A stretch of 64,000 nucleotides of DNA from Dehalococcoidia bacterium (GCA_963662435.1 OY759598.1:3943923-4007922); one strand, 5' to 3'; shown: positions 38,176 through 48,780, counted from the stretch's first letter. Numbers and translations are program-made. The notes: generated by a model not told the origin, from the sequence alone.

Positions 38176-40512
38176 GTGAAAATCCACAAGCTGCTGTTCA
38201 GATTGCTCTTGGGGCAGAGGCTCCCCACGACCAGGGGTGAGCTTACCGTGCAAGGGCTTCACAGTCCGGTTGTAATTCGAAGAGACCGGTACGGCATCCC
38301 TTACATCGAAGCCGAGACAGATGATGACGCTTGGTTCGCCCTGGGATTCTGTCAAGGACAGGACAGATCCTTCCGGCTCGAAATGCTCTTGAGAGCGGCC
38401 CGAGGAACACTATGCGAGTTGGTCGGACCCGGAGCGCTGGCGACCGATATACTGTCGCGTCGTCTCGGTTTCACTCGCATCGCGCCGAAACAGTTGGATG
38501 TCTTCCATCCCGATGTCAGGCAACGCTTCGAGGCATTCGCCCGAGGCATCAACGAAGGTATCTCCCGAGGCACAGGACGCAAAGCACACGAGTTCACTCT
38601 GCTGCGCACGGAACCCTCAACGTTTGAAGCTGTGGACCTCGTAGCAGTCTACCTACTCCAGTCCATGGCCCTTTCGGCTAACTGGGACATCGAACTCGTG
38701 AGACTTCGCATGCTGGAGTTGGACGGCCCCGAGGCGCTGACCCTGCTCGACCCACCCTACCCCAATTGGCATCCGGCTAGTGCAGAGACTGACACCGCTG
38801 CAGGACCCGCAATCGAAGCTCTCGTCCGCGACATCGCCTCTCTGTCCGAGGTGGTCGGTGTGAACCGCGCTTCCAACAGTTGGGCCGTATCCCCTTCCAA
38901 GACATCAACCGGCCGTCCTATCCTCGCAAACGATCCTCACCTCACCCCGGGATTGCCGCCACACTGGTACCTCGCCCACATCCGCACTCCTCACTGGGGA
39001 CTCGTGGGCGCTACGTTCGCGGGACTTCCCGCCTTCCCCGTCGGCCACAACGGGCACGTGGCCTGGGGTGTGACGCTCGGACTCGCCGACAATTCCGACC
39101 TCTTCCTAGAGCAGATCGGCGACGACGGCGCAAGCGTTCGAGATGGGTCAGGATACGTCCCATGCGAATCGTTCGACGAGATCATCACCATAAAGAACAG
39201 CCGTGAACACCATGACCGAGTCCTCGTAACTCCGAGAGGTCCTATCATCGGGACTCACGTTGGCGATGGCTCTCTTGCAGTCTCCATCAAGGCGACTTGG
39301 CTGCAAGCCCACCCGGTTAAAGGACTGCTGGAAGCTCACACAGCCCGAACATGCGATGACTTCCGACATCTATTCGACGAATGGCCGCACATATCCCTTA
39401 ACCTGACCTATGCCGACGTGAAGGGCGACATCGGATTCCAGTTGGCAGGTCAGGTCCCACGACGGAGATCCGGCTTCGGCACCATGCCCACGCCGGGATG
39501 GTACCCGGAGTCCGGCTGGGAAGAAGAGCTCGTGCCTCTTGATGAAATGCCGCACGCAAGCAACCCCTCGGCCGACCTGGTGGCTACCGCGAACAATCAG
39601 CCTCTCCCTTCTGGGCAGGGTCCATTCCTTGGAGTGGACTGGCTCGACGGATACCGTGTCTCTCGCGTCTTGGAGATGGTCGCCGCTCACGACACATGGG
39701 ACATCGAAAGCACAGCCCTTATCCAGCTGGATACCGTCTCCATTCCTTGGCGGGAGATGAGGGACGTGGTCTTGGCTGTCGAGCCTTCAACACCAGAGGC
39801 GCGAGATGCTCTTGAGTCGCTTTCTGAATGGGACGGAGTTGTCCGAAGCGATTCGTCGGGAGCGACAGTCTTCGAGTACTTTCTTGCCGAAATGGTGAAG
39901 CGAGTCGCAAAAGCGAAGGCGCCGAAGTCATGGGAGTGGGTGATTGGTCGGAGCGATGCTCCTGTCCACTCGCTGACACTCCTTTCGGGCCGAAGGGTCG
40001 GCCACCTGGTGAACCTCTTGCGAAACAGTCCCGAGGGTTGGGCTGAGGTTCCCCTGGAAAGGCTAGTTGATGACTCGCTGGAGGCGTCAATTGTTGAAAT
40101 TCATCGCCATTTTGGAAACGACCCTCAAGAATGGCAGTGGGGAAAGATCAGGCCGCTAGCTCTGAAACATCTGGTGGGTCGAAGCCGCTGGCTCGCTCCC
40201 GTATTCAATCTGCCTCCAATTCCCTGCGCCGGCGACACCAACACCGTGTTTCAGACCGGTGCCGACCCTCGCAACCCTGCAGGTCCGCCTCTCGTGTGCC
40301 CTTCGATGCGGATGGTGCTGGACGTGGGAAACTGGGATGAGAATCTCTTCGTACTGCCAGGCGGTCAGTCGGGGAATCCGCTGTCCCCTCACTACGCCGA
40401 TCAGTACCCCCTTTGGGCCGAAGGTAAGGGAATAACCATCTCGTGGACTCCCGGGGCAGTGGACCGAGCGACGGTCTCAACGCTAACTCTGTCCCCGGAA
40501 TGCACGGGATAA
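38176..40512 (+). CDS. Penicillin acylase family Ntn-hydrolase
   Basis: RDRYGIPYI, nucleophile ASNSWAV, LANDPHL and GGQSGNPLSPHYADQ. Confidence 0.93.
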   Translation: MKIHKLLFRLLLGQRLPTTRGELTVQGLHSPVVIRRDRYGIPYIEAETDDDAWFALGFCQGQDRSFRLEMLLRAARGTLCELVGPGALATDILSRRLGFTRIAPKQLDVFHPDVRQRFEAFARGINEGISRGTGRKAHEFTLLRTEPSTFEAVDLVAVYLLQSMALSANWDIELVRLRMLELDGPEALTLLDPPYPNWHPASAETDTAAGPAIEALVRDIASLSEVVGVNRASNSWAVSPSKTSTGRPILANDPHLTPGLPPHWYLAHIRTPHWGLVGATFAGLPAFPVGHNGHVAWGVTLGLADNSDLFLEQIGDDGASVRDGSGYVPCESFDEIITIKNSREHHDRVLVTPRGPIIGTHVGDGSLAVSIKATWLQAHPVKGLLEAHTARTCDDFRHLFDEWPHISLNLTYADVKGDIGFQLAGQVPRRRSGFGTMPTPGWYPESGWEEELVPLDEMPHASNPSADLVATANNQPLPSGQGPFLGVDWLDGYRVSRVLEMVAAHDTWDIESTALIQLDTVSIPWREMRDVVLAVEPSTPEARDALESLSEWDGVVRSDSSGATVFEYFLAEMVKRVAKAKAPKSWEWVIGRSDAPVHSLTLLSGRRVGHLVNLLRNSPEGWAEVPLERLVDDSLEASIVEIHRHFGNDPQEWQWGKIRPLALKHLVGRSRWLAPVFNLPPIPCAGDTNTVFQTGADPRNPAGPPLVCPSMRMVLDVGNWDENLFVLPGGQSGNPLSPHYADQYPLWAEGKGITISWTPGAVDRATVSTLTLSPECTG

Positions 40513-40582
40513 GCTGGTTGCGACAAACGTGGGCGAGCGTTCTCTCAGTCGTGCGTGCCCGTGCGGCCAACGCCGCAAGCAC

Positions 40583-40657
40583 TGGAGCCAACGGGCAGGA
40601 TCGAACTGCCGACCTGCTGTTTACGAAACAGCTGCTCTACCACTGAGCTACGTTGGC
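40583..40657 (-). tRNA. tRNA-Thr(CGT)
   Basis: GCCAACGTAGCTCAGTGGTAGAGCAGCTGTTTCGTAAACAGCAGGTCGGCAGTTCGATCCTGCCCGTTGGCTCCA. Confidence 0.97.
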
Positions 40658-40699
40658 TGGTACCAAAATATTGTAGCACAAGGGTCTCACCGTTAAGCG

Positions 40700-40729
40700 G
40701 AGAGGGACACTCACCTGAGTGTCCCTCTC
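40700..40729. terminator. Strong hairpin, probable terminator of the small minus-strand gene
   Basis: GAGAGGGACACTCA-cc-TGAGTGTCCCTCTC. Confidence 0.6.
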
Positions 40730-40825
40730 TCTATGCGCTCGACTCTCGGCCCGACTCTCTTGCAGTCGGCGCCGCCGTCGACGATCTAAGGGTATCCGAA
40801 TAATCCGTTCGTGCATCCTATCCGC

Positions 40826-41002
40826 CTAGTTCCGAGTGTAGAAACTGTACGCGTCAAGGTCCCGCAGATCGCGGAAGTCGCGCTTGGCCTGCTCTCGCGT
40901 CGGCGCACCGGTGGCGTCGAGCCGCTGGAGCTTCTGAAGGTACCGCTCGAAATCGGCACCGGGCCCGGCGGGCTTAATGAACTTGATGATTGCCTTCAAC
41001 AT
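40826..41002 (-). CDS. Small hypothetical protein (58 aa)
   Basis: AAGGAGG precedes ATG 41002 (MLKAIIKFIK...); divergent from LysR. Confidence 0.6.
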   Translation of the reverse strand: MLKAIIKFIKPAGPGADFERYLQKLQRLDATGAPTREQAKRDFRDLRDLDAYSFYTRN

Positions 41003-41186
41003 ACCTGCCTCCTTTCTTGAATTACTCGTGGTCCCAACCTCTGTCTTCTGTGGCATTTCGCCCTCCTGTGATTTGTAGTTGACCGATCATCTACTTCTAT
41101 TGTCAGGCACTCTTATTATCAGTACCAGACATTATGTGTGATACTCTATATTTGTTCTACTAATACTCTGGTGGCGTGTTGGGACA

Positions 41187-42071
41187 ATGGAACTTCGAGA
41201 ACTGCGAAGCTTCTGCATAGCGGCGAAAGTAGGGGGAATATCCAGGGCTGCCCTGCAGCTCGGCCTCGGTCAGCCGACCGTGACAACCCACATCCGCAAG
41301 CTGGAAGAGGAGATGGGCACAATCCTCTTTGACCGGAGCCGGCGACCCATTAGATTAACTCCGTCGGGCACCGCGCTCCTCGAACTCGCGGCTCCACTCA
41401 TCGAAGGCATCGATGACCTGATCGAGAGCACATCACAAACCGAACAGGAGAGCCTCATCACCGTCGGCACGACCAATGACATGGTCGGGCATACTCTCTT
41501 GCGGACGGTGACCGTATTCCTGACGCGCTACCCCCATTCCCGACTGAGGATCCGAGCGGCCAATATGTCCGACATCGTCGAGTCTGTGCGTACCGGGGAA
41601 ATGGACGTCGGGCTCGTGCCCTATCCGGGTAGATCGGAAGAGCTCGACTTCACCGGACTCTTCGCCTACGAGCGGGTGCTCATCACCCCTCTGGAACATC
41701 CCTTGTTAAAGGAAGAGGTCGTCACTTTCGAACACATCGCCGAGTGGCCGCTAATCCTCCGGGGCGGGATGACGCTCACCCGCTCCATGCTGGAGTCGGA
41801 GTTCAAGCGCCGGGGCCTCTCCTATGAGGTGCTTGTAGAGTTGGATGGGATGGATATCATCAAGCGATACGTCGCTCTGGGAATGGGTATCTCGGTTGGT
41901 CCACGCCTGGCGATCGAGCCTGAAGACGAACATACCCTGGGTATAGTCAACCTAGCAAACTTGCTCCCAATCGAGCAGGTGGGAATCCTCACGCTCCGCG
42001 GGAGAACGCTGTCGACCCCGGCACAACTCTTTACTCAGGTAATGCGGGACACACTGATGCGTCGCCGTTGA
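41187..42071 (+). CDS. LysR family transcriptional regulator
   Basis: N-terminal HTH ISRAALQLGLGQPTVTTHIRKLE...LFDR...LTPSG. Confidence 0.95.
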   Translation: MELRELRSFCIAAKVGGISRAALQLGLGQPTVTTHIRKLEEEMGTILFDRSRRPIRLTPSGTALLELAAPLIEGIDDLIESTSQTEQESLITVGTTNDMVGHTLLRTVTVFLTRYPHSRLRIRAANMSDIVESVRTGEMDVGLVPYPGRSEELDFTGLFAYERVLITPLEHPLLKEEVVTFEHIAEWPLILRGGMTLTRSMLESEFKRRGLSYEVLVELDGMDIIKRYVALGMGISVGPRLAIEPEDEHTLGIVNLANLLPIEQVGILTLRGRTLSTPAQLFTQVMRDTLMRRR

Positions 42072-42104
42072 CCGCGCAGAATTCCGCGAGTGGCAATGCG
42101 GGAA

Positions 42105-42323
42105 CTAACGGTAACGGGGCTGGTGGTTGGCTCCGCTCATAATCGGTTCGTTGCGAAACACGTCGCCGTTGCGGATCTTGAGGTTATAGTCGCATTCAGG
42201 ACTGCTGCATATCCATGCCTTATAATGGATGGCTGCGCCCTGACCGCCGAAGTCTGAGAGAGGGAGAAGAACACCCTCACCACACGAGAGACATTCAGGC
42301 CAGTCGTCGTTCCTTTTCCCCAC
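42105..42323 (-). CDS. Small Zn-ribbon protein (72 aa)
   Basis: CLSC...CSSPEC; AGGAGG precedes the GTG start. Confidence 0.75.
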   Translation of the reverse strand: MGKRNDDWPECLSCGEGVLLPLSDFGGQGAAIHYKAWICSSPECDYNLKIRNGDVFRNEPIMSGANHQPRYR

Positions 42324-42478
42324 ATCTTCCTCCTAACGTGACCATTGGCCGGGTATCGAAAGCGCGCAAAGTATACAACGATCCTACATCGTCTACAAGC
42401 ATTCAGCCGCCACAATTTTCGAGGAAAAAATGTCCCTTATTTCTCACCGATAAGTGCCACCCGATTCCATTCCTCTCG

Positions 42479-42507
42479 TTGACACAATCCGGGTGCTCCC
42501 CTAGACT
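42479..42507 (+). promoter_or_regulatory. Sigma70-type promoter
   Basis: TTGACA-17bp-TAGACT upstream of the FAD oxidoreductase. Confidence 0.6.
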
Positions 42508-42545
42508 CGCCAACGATTAAAGATGCCGTGGAGGGCACCATATCA

Positions 42546-44081
42546 ATGGATGATCATTCTGGCTTCCGCTACAAGTCGCCCAACCTGTTCAGCCGAATTG
42601 CCGTTGCTTGGAGACTCCTGACTGGTCTGCGAGGTCAGGAATTCCAAAGCATCGGAAGCTGGATCGATCGCAATTACGATAAGAGCGGACGGGTAGTCGG
42701 GTTTCTCCGATTCGTCGGTTGGGCCGTGAAGACGGTTCTCATAGACATCCCGAACGCCCTCGTCGGTGTCACATTCGCCAAGCCGATGTCCAAAGTCTCG
42801 TACTGGCTGGCGGCGGACAATCCCGTAGAGAACCACCCGTGGGCATCCAAGCCGAATGCCATGCTGCCGGAGGAGTGCGAAGTCGTGGTCATCGGCGCTG
42901 GCTTCACGGGCGCTGCGTGCGCCTACCACTGGTCGAAGCGAAACGGCGGCCATATGGTCCTGTTGGAGATGAACGAGGCCGCATCAGGCGCCAGCGGACG
43001 TAACGAGGGTGTCGTGGTCATGGGCAGGTTCTATGCCTATGTCAAGAAGATGGTCCTTGACGACCTGCCCCGCGTTCGCCCCGACCTCGACGCCTCACGT
43101 CGGGAACGTCTCGCCAATCAGTTTGCCGAGGCATATGTTCAAGCAGCATATAAGAACGCCGACATGATCGAGCGGACGATCAGCGAAGAGGGCTTCGATG
43201 TCGACTACGCCCGCGTCGGATGGGTACAGGGCCAGACGGAAGACACGCAGGACTATCTGGAAAGCTCTGTTGAAGAAAGCTACGAAAAGGGCTTCGACGA
43301 CTGGGACCTGGTCGAGCCGAAGCAGGTCCTGGAGTTGACCGGGATGAATGTCGGCGTCCGCTACGGGCTGTCACGACGTGCGGCCACATGGCATCCTGCG
43401 AAGTGGGTCTGGTCTCTAGTTTCCACGGCGATCAAATCCAAGAACGTGGACTTTTTCAGTCGTACCCGCGTCCACAGGGTCGAAGACATGGGTGACCGCT
43501 ATGCCGTGCACACCAACCGCGGTACCATCAATGCCCACTTCGTGATCAACGCCACTGAGTCGTACACCGCAGCGCTCCACCCGGAGTTTATAGGCAAGCT
43601 CACGCCGATCCAGACCAACGCCGCTTTCGCCGAGGGCGGGCCTGATGCCATGAAACCTCATGTGGCAATGGGCGGTCCGAACTCGTGGTTCGGCAAACAC
43701 CCCGACGGAGTAATCCTTGGCACCGGTGGCATCCGTCTCGACTACACGCAGGCCGGACGCATCAGCCCGTCCCGCTTCCTTTCTAGCTACATAGTTACCG
43801 AAATCCAGGAGATCTTCGGCCACAACCCCATGCACGTCTTTCGCGAATGGAGTTGCACCGCCGGGTTCACCGATGACGAGTATCCCATAGTGGGGCTTCT
43901 GGACGGGAAGCGACAGTACATCATCGCCGGAATGTGCGGCTCCGGCTCTGGAGTCCACTTCAATGGCGCCCGCCACGTTGTCGACAGTATCCTTGGAATC
44001 GAGGGCCACGATGACTACCCGGTTCAATTCTTCTCTCCAGCTAGAGTTTTGGATCCTGCAAGTCACTGCTGGCCGGACTAG
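42546..44081 (+). CDS. FAD-dependent oxidoreductase (DAO/PuuB-like family)
   Basis: VIGAGFTG, GASGRNEG and C-terminal AGMCGSG; ~80-aa N-terminal extension. Confidence 0.9.
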   Translation: MDDHSGFRYKSPNLFSRIAVAWRLLTGLRGQEFQSIGSWIDRNYDKSGRVVGFLRFVGWAVKTVLIDIPNALVGVTFAKPMSKVSYWLAADNPVENHPWASKPNAMLPEECEVVVIGAGFTGAACAYHWSKRNGGHMVLLEMNEAASGASGRNEGVVVMGRFYAYVKKMVLDDLPRVRPDLDASRRERLANQFAEAYVQAAYKNADMIERTISEEGFDVDYARVGWVQGQTEDTQDYLESSVEESYEKGFDDWDLVEPKQVLELTGMNVGVRYGLSRRAATWHPAKWVWSLVSTAIKSKNVDFFSRTRVHRVEDMGDRYAVHTNRGTINAHFVINATESYTAALHPEFIGKLTPIQTNAAFAEGGPDAMKPHVAMGGPNSWFGKHPDGVILGTGGIRLDYTQAGRISPSRFLSSYIVTEIQEIFGHNPMHVFREWSCTAGFTDDEYPIVGLLDGKRQYIIAGMCGSGSGVHFNGARHVVDSILGIEGHDDYPVQFFSPARVLDPASHCWPD

Positions 44082-44290
44082 CCGCACCTACGACTGATCT
44101 GCTGGCGTCAGCGATTACCATTCCATCCTCGCAAAACAGATAAACATTCCTTTCAGTTGGATTATCCTTAGCGCTCAAGGGTGTTGGGAGGAGAAATCCA
44201 TGTATAACTTTCGTAGCGTATTGAACTTGCTGGACAAGGTCGAATCCCTCATCTACAGTAGTGTCGACAGATTTCATTCGGGGAGTTTTC

Positions 44291-45349
44291 ATGCCCATCT
44301 TCAAGCCTGAGCGCCTTACTCAAATAACCAACGACTTGCTGCTGGCTGTCGGCACGAGCGAGAGTCACGCAATGGTCGTCTCCGAGCACCTGACGAATGC
44401 CAACTTGGCGGGCCACGACTCGCACGGTTTCATCCGCATTATCCAGTACGTGCGAGAGATCAACGAAGGGGACATCAAGCCGAAAGCCGAGCCCGTCGTT
44501 CTCAACGAGACTTCGACGACGGCTCAGCTGGACGGAAGATCGTCGTTTGGACAGGTGGCCATGACTGCAGCGCTGGAGATCGGGATGGCGAAGGCACGCG
44601 AACACGGACTCGGACTGGTGAACGTGTCGAACCATGAGCACACTGGCCGTGTCGGGACCTACGCGGAGACCGCTGCCGAAAATGGGATGGCTTCATTTAT
44701 GTGCTCGGGTTACGTTGGTGGCCCTAACCTCATGAGCGTCGCCCCCTTTGGCGGCACCGTACGCAAGCTCAGCACAAACCCCATGGTCATTGGCTTTCCG
44801 TACAACGACGACGGTCCCGTACTACTAGACTTCGCTACTACGATCTCCGCGGAGGGAAAACTCCGAGTTGCACGGGCCAAGGGGGCCACACTCCCCGACT
44901 ACTGGCTCATCAAGGAGGACGGCACCCCTTCCAACGATCCGAATACCTACTACGAGGGCGGATCGCTGCTTCCCATTGGTGGACTTCACGGTGGTCACAA
45001 GGGGTATGCACTCTCATTCATGGTGGCCCTGTTCGGTGCGGTTCTCGCCGCTGTTGCTACTCCCGAAACGCAGAATGCTCGGGCCAGCAGCGACACAATG
45101 CTCTATGGGTCCACCCTCATCCTCATTGACCTTGAAAGGCTCGGCTCGCTCGACCTTATCAAGGAGCAGGTGGATGGTATCGTGTCCTACGTCAAGGACA
45201 CCCCTCTGCGCGAAGGTTATTCGGAAATCCTCTATCCAGGCGAGTACGAGAAACGCAACAGGCTCCAACGCCAAGCCGACGGCCTGTACATTGAAGATGC
45301 CACATGGGAAGGTGTCACCGAGCTCATGTCACAGTACGGGGTGAAGTAG
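44291..45349 (+). CDS. Ldh_2 family (malate/L-lactate-type NAD(P)) oxidoreductase
   Basis: GHDSHG, STNP, LDFATT, GHKGYAL and YPGE. Confidence 0.92.
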   Translation: MPIFKPERLTQITNDLLLAVGTSESHAMVVSEHLTNANLAGHDSHGFIRIIQYVREINEGDIKPKAEPVVLNETSTTAQLDGRSSFGQVAMTAALEIGMAKAREHGLGLVNVSNHEHTGRVGTYAETAAENGMASFMCSGYVGGPNLMSVAPFGGTVRKLSTNPMVIGFPYNDDGPVLLDFATTISAEGKLRVARAKGATLPDYWLIKEDGTPSNDPNTYYEGGSLLPIGGLHGGHKGYALSFMVALFGAVLAAVATPETQNARASSDTMLYGSTLILIDLERLGSLDLIKEQVDGIVSYVKDTPLREGYSEILYPGEYEKRNRLQRQADGLYIEDATWEGVTELMSQYGVK

Positions 45350-45354
45350 AGCAG

Positions 45355-46404
45355 ATGGCGAACCAAGTCTTGGTAGACCCTACCGACCTCACCCGATTCA
45401 CTACGGAAATCTTCGAAGGCGCCGGAATGCCGCGCGATCACGCTGAGATAGAAGCCGATGTCCTCGTGTGGGCCAACCTAAGGGGAGTCGACTCGCACGG
45501 CGTGCTCAGGATCCCGTGGTACATCAAGAACGTTGACGACGGCGTCTTTAACGTCAGCCCGAAAATCGAGATCGAAAAGGAAACGGCCGCGACCATCCTC
45601 GTTGAGGGTGACCGGGCCTTCGGACCAGTGGTGACCGTCTTCGCCATGAATAAGACGATCGAAAAGGCCCGAGAGGTCGGCGTCTGCTGGAGCATCATTC
45701 GGAATACTACTCACCAGGGAGCAATGGCATACTACTCGCTGATGGCCGCCGAGCAGGACATGGCCGGCATCGCCGTCGTCTGCAGCCCGCCGAACATGGC
45801 GACCTTTGGCTCAAAGGGCAAGGGTGTTCACAACAGCCCCATCGCCATTGCAGTTCCGGCACGAGACTGCGATCCCCCGGTCCTCGACATGGCGACGAGC
45901 GTTGTCGCGGGCGGAAAGCTCAGCCTCGCACAAGATAAGGGCGAATCGATTCCGCTCGACTGGTCACTCGACCCTCAGGGCAACCCGACCACGACACCGA
46001 GCTTCGACAACGTCCTCCTCCCATTCGCAGGCCCAAAGGGATCGGGGCTCGCCCTCATGTTCGCGACACTTTCGAACGTCATGGTCGCCAACCCTCTGCT
46101 GGAGCCGAACATCACCGGTCGGGCGCCCACGTCCAGGGGAGTCCAAAACAGCTTCCTGGTGGCTATCGACATCACCGCATTTACCGACCTAGACGAGTAC
46201 AAGGACAACATCGACCGCCTTATCTCCGCACAGAAGACCCTCCCAACGGCCGATGGCTTCGAGGAGATACTCGTTCCGGGTGAACCGGAGTATCGCACGC
46301 TGGCCGAGCGGTCGCGCAACGGCATCCCCCTGCCGATGGGCACCATTGACAACCTCCGTCCGGTGGCGCATCGCTTCGGTGTTGAGATGCCGCTTAGTGT
46401 CTAG
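45355..46404 (+). CDS. Ldh_2 family oxidoreductase, second paralog
   Basis: GVDSHG, LDMATS, GPKGSGL and VPGE. Confidence 0.92.
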   Translation: MANQVLVDPTDLTRFTTEIFEGAGMPRDHAEIEADVLVWANLRGVDSHGVLRIPWYIKNVDDGVFNVSPKIEIEKETAATILVEGDRAFGPVVTVFAMNKTIEKAREVGVCWSIIRNTTHQGAMAYYSLMAAEQDMAGIAVVCSPPNMATFGSKGKGVHNSPIAIAVPARDCDPPVLDMATSVVAGGKLSLAQDKGESIPLDWSLDPQGNPTTTPSFDNVLLPFAGPKGSGLALMFATLSNVMVANPLLEPNITGRAPTSRGVQNSFLVAIDITAFTDLDEYKDNIDRLISAQKTLPTADGFEEILVPGEPEYRTLAERSRNGIPLPMGTIDNLRPVAHRFGVEMPLSV

Positions 46405-46543
46405 AACACACCCCTGACAACAACACGGCGAAGTTCCGGAAATGTTTTAGACAACACCTAAAACACCTTGCGTCCCCTTTTCCCGGTTAGGTATTCTGGC
46501 TTCAACAGTTCCATCACGGCGCATTTGGCCGAGGAGGATTTAG

Positions 46544-48592
46544 TTGAAGCTAACGCGCGCTAGAGTAACCGATTATCGGAGCATTGATGACTCGGGCTGG
46601 GTGGATGTCGACAGCGTCACTTGCATGGTCGGCAAGAACGAGTCCGGGAAGACTGCGTTCTTGGCGGCTTTGAAAAAGCTCAATCCGGTAGAACGCGACA
46701 CCGGCGACTTCGACCTCAAAGACTATCCACGCAAGGGGTATGTCCGATATCGACGGAAGCACCAGACCGAACCCGCAGTCGTCGTCAGGGCGGAATTCCG
46801 TCTTGAGGATGACGAGACCAGTCAAATTGAGGATGAGTACGGCGAAGGCGTATTTGCCTCCCCCATCGTGGTGGTGAGCAAGGACTACGCGAACAACCGC
46901 ATGTGGGATGTCAGCATTAACGAGGCATCTATCGTCCGGAACCTCATCAACGAGGCCGGTCTGCCTGTGGAAATCGCTGAACGGGTTGCGAGTGTCGGCT
47001 CCATCGACGAGCTGCGCTCGATGCTGGAACGGCTCGAGATCAAGCCGCCCGTTGTTGGGAATCTCCTCATCGACATCAACAGCCGCTTCAGAACGAGCAT
47101 CAAGGACCTCATCGTGGAGGACTATCTCGAGCGGTTCCTGCCTGCCATAGTCTACTTCGACGACTACAGCACCATGAAGGGTCGAATCTCCATTCCCGAC
47201 ATTCGCCGGCGCAGCGTGGAGGGTGGCGCCCAACTCGACGATGCAGACCGAACGTTCATGTCGCTGATTTCGCTCGCCGGAACCGACATCGACGACCTCG
47301 AGAGTCAGATGAATTACGAGCATCTCAAAGCCGAACTTGAGTCGGCTTCGATCCTCATCACTGACGATGTGTTTGAGTACTGGCAGCAGAACACACAGCT
47401 TCGTGTCGAGTTCGACCTTTCCAACGCAAATCCGAACGACCCGCCCCCGCTGAACGAGGGCACGATTCTTCATATCCGCATCTGGAACAATCGACACCGG
47501 GTCTCCGTACCCTTTGATGAGCGTTCCAGGGGATTCGTGTGGTTCTTCTCGTTCCTCGCGTACTTCTCAGGGCTAGAACTCGAGGACGAGAACCGCTCCC
47601 TGCTCCTACTCCTTGACGAGCCGGGACTTAACCTGCACGCGATGGCCCAACGAGACTTCCTGAGGTTCATCGATGAGCGCTTGGCTCCCAAGCACCAGGT
47701 CATCTACACGACGCACTCGCCGTTCATGGTCGACCTGGACCGCCTCGGCAGCGTCCGCACGGTACAGGACATGGATGACCGGGGCACGGTTGTCTCAGAC
47801 GACGTGATGGTCCACGACGCCGAGACGGTGTTCCCCCTGCAGGTGGCCATGGGCTACCAGTTGGCCCAGTCACTCTTCCTTGCGCCTCACTGCCTCCTAG
47901 TCAACCAACCATCCGACCAGATTTACCTCCAGGTTCTCGGAGAGGCAGTAGCGGCTCAAGGTCGCCCATCACTTGACCCACGCTGGGTCACCATACCCGT
48001 AGGCGGCGCGGACAACCTCCCGACTTACGTCTCCCTCCTTGGCGAAAACTACGTCAACGTCGCAATTATGATGGACGTTTCGCCCAAGACCCGTGCGCGC
48101 ATCGAGGCGAAGCACGGGAAGACAGACCTCGGCAACGGCACCGTCAAGATGGTCGAAGTAACCAAGATCCGGGACGCCGACATGGAAGACCTGTTTGAGC
48201 CACTCTTCTACCTGAATCTCGTCAATAGGGCCTATGCCGACGAACTGCCTTACAACCTGACGATGAAGGCGATCACTGGACCGAGTCCACGAATTGTCCA
48301 ACGCATCCAGAAATTCTTCGAGAAGGAGGGCATCTGCGGCGGTCAGTTCGACCCCTATCACCCCGCGTCCTTCTTGCTGAACAAGCACTTGGAATTCCGC
48401 CCTGAGATTGACGATTCGACAGTCGAAAAAGCGGCCTCGATGTTTACCCGCATAAACTCCTTGCTGTCGGTCAATGAGATCAGCAACGGCTCGTCTCACT
48501 ACACCAAAGGCGGCAACGGTTCAAATGGATCGAACGGAAAAGCAGTAACAGGCTGGACCTACAACCGGCCAAGAGCAGCTTCGCCGGTATGA
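46544..48592 (+). CDS. OLD-family-like ABC ATPase with degenerate TOPRIM domain
   Basis: YRSIDD, Walker A GKNESGKT, signature RSRGF, Walker B LLDEPG and TTHSP; GAGGAGG precedes the TTG start. Confidence 0.85.
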   Translation: MKLTRARVTDYRSIDDSGWVDVDSVTCMVGKNESGKTAFLAALKKLNPVERDTGDFDLKDYPRKGYVRYRRKHQTEPAVVVRAEFRLEDDETSQIEDEYGEGVFASPIVVVSKDYANNRMWDVSINEASIVRNLINEAGLPVEIAERVASVGSIDELRSMLERLEIKPPVVGNLLIDINSRFRTSIKDLIVEDYLERFLPAIVYFDDYSTMKGRISIPDIRRRSVEGGAQLDDADRTFMSLISLAGTDIDDLESQMNYEHLKAELESASILITDDVFEYWQQNTQLRVEFDLSNANPNDPPPLNEGTILHIRIWNNRHRVSVPFDERSRGFVWFFSFLAYFSGLELEDENRSLLLLLDEPGLNLHAMAQRDFLRFIDERLAPKHQVIYTTHSPFMVDLDRLGSVRTVQDMDDRGTVVSDDVMVHDAETVFPLQVAMGYQLAQSLFLAPHCLLVNQPSDQIYLQVLGEAVAAQGRPSLDPRWVTIPVGGADNLPTYVSLLGENYVNVAIMMDVSPKTRARIEAKHGKTDLGNGTVKMVEVTKIRDADMEDLFEPLFYLNLVNRAYADELPYNLTMKAITGPSPRIVQRIQKFFEKEGICGGQFDPYHPASFLLNKHLEFRPEIDDSTVEKAASMFTRINSLLSVNEISNGSSHYTKGGNGSNGSNGKAVTGWTYNRPRAASPV

Positions 48593-48650
48593 CGCAACGA
48601 GGGCCGCGAGCCTCGCGTTGGGCGAGGTGATCGGACCTTCACGGAAGCAG

Positions 48651-48688
48651 AAGTGCGCCTTCGCTACTGAAGGCGCACTTTCTATTTT
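48651..48688 (+). terminator. Intrinsic terminator
   Basis: AAGTGCGCCTTC-6nt-GAAGGCGCACTT followed by TCTATTTT. Confidence 0.75.
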
Positions 48689-48715
48689 CCGGTTCCAAAT
48701 GTACTGGTTAAATCA

Positions 48716-48745
48716 CCGCACCCTCTCGTCTGAGAGAGGGTGCGG
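48716..48745 (-). terminator. Hairpin downstream of gyrA
   Basis: CCGCACCCTCTC-6nt-GAGAGGGTGCGG. Confidence 0.65.
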
Positions 48746-48780
48746 ATATCGTCTTCCCTAAGGGTATCTGCCGTCTTAGG

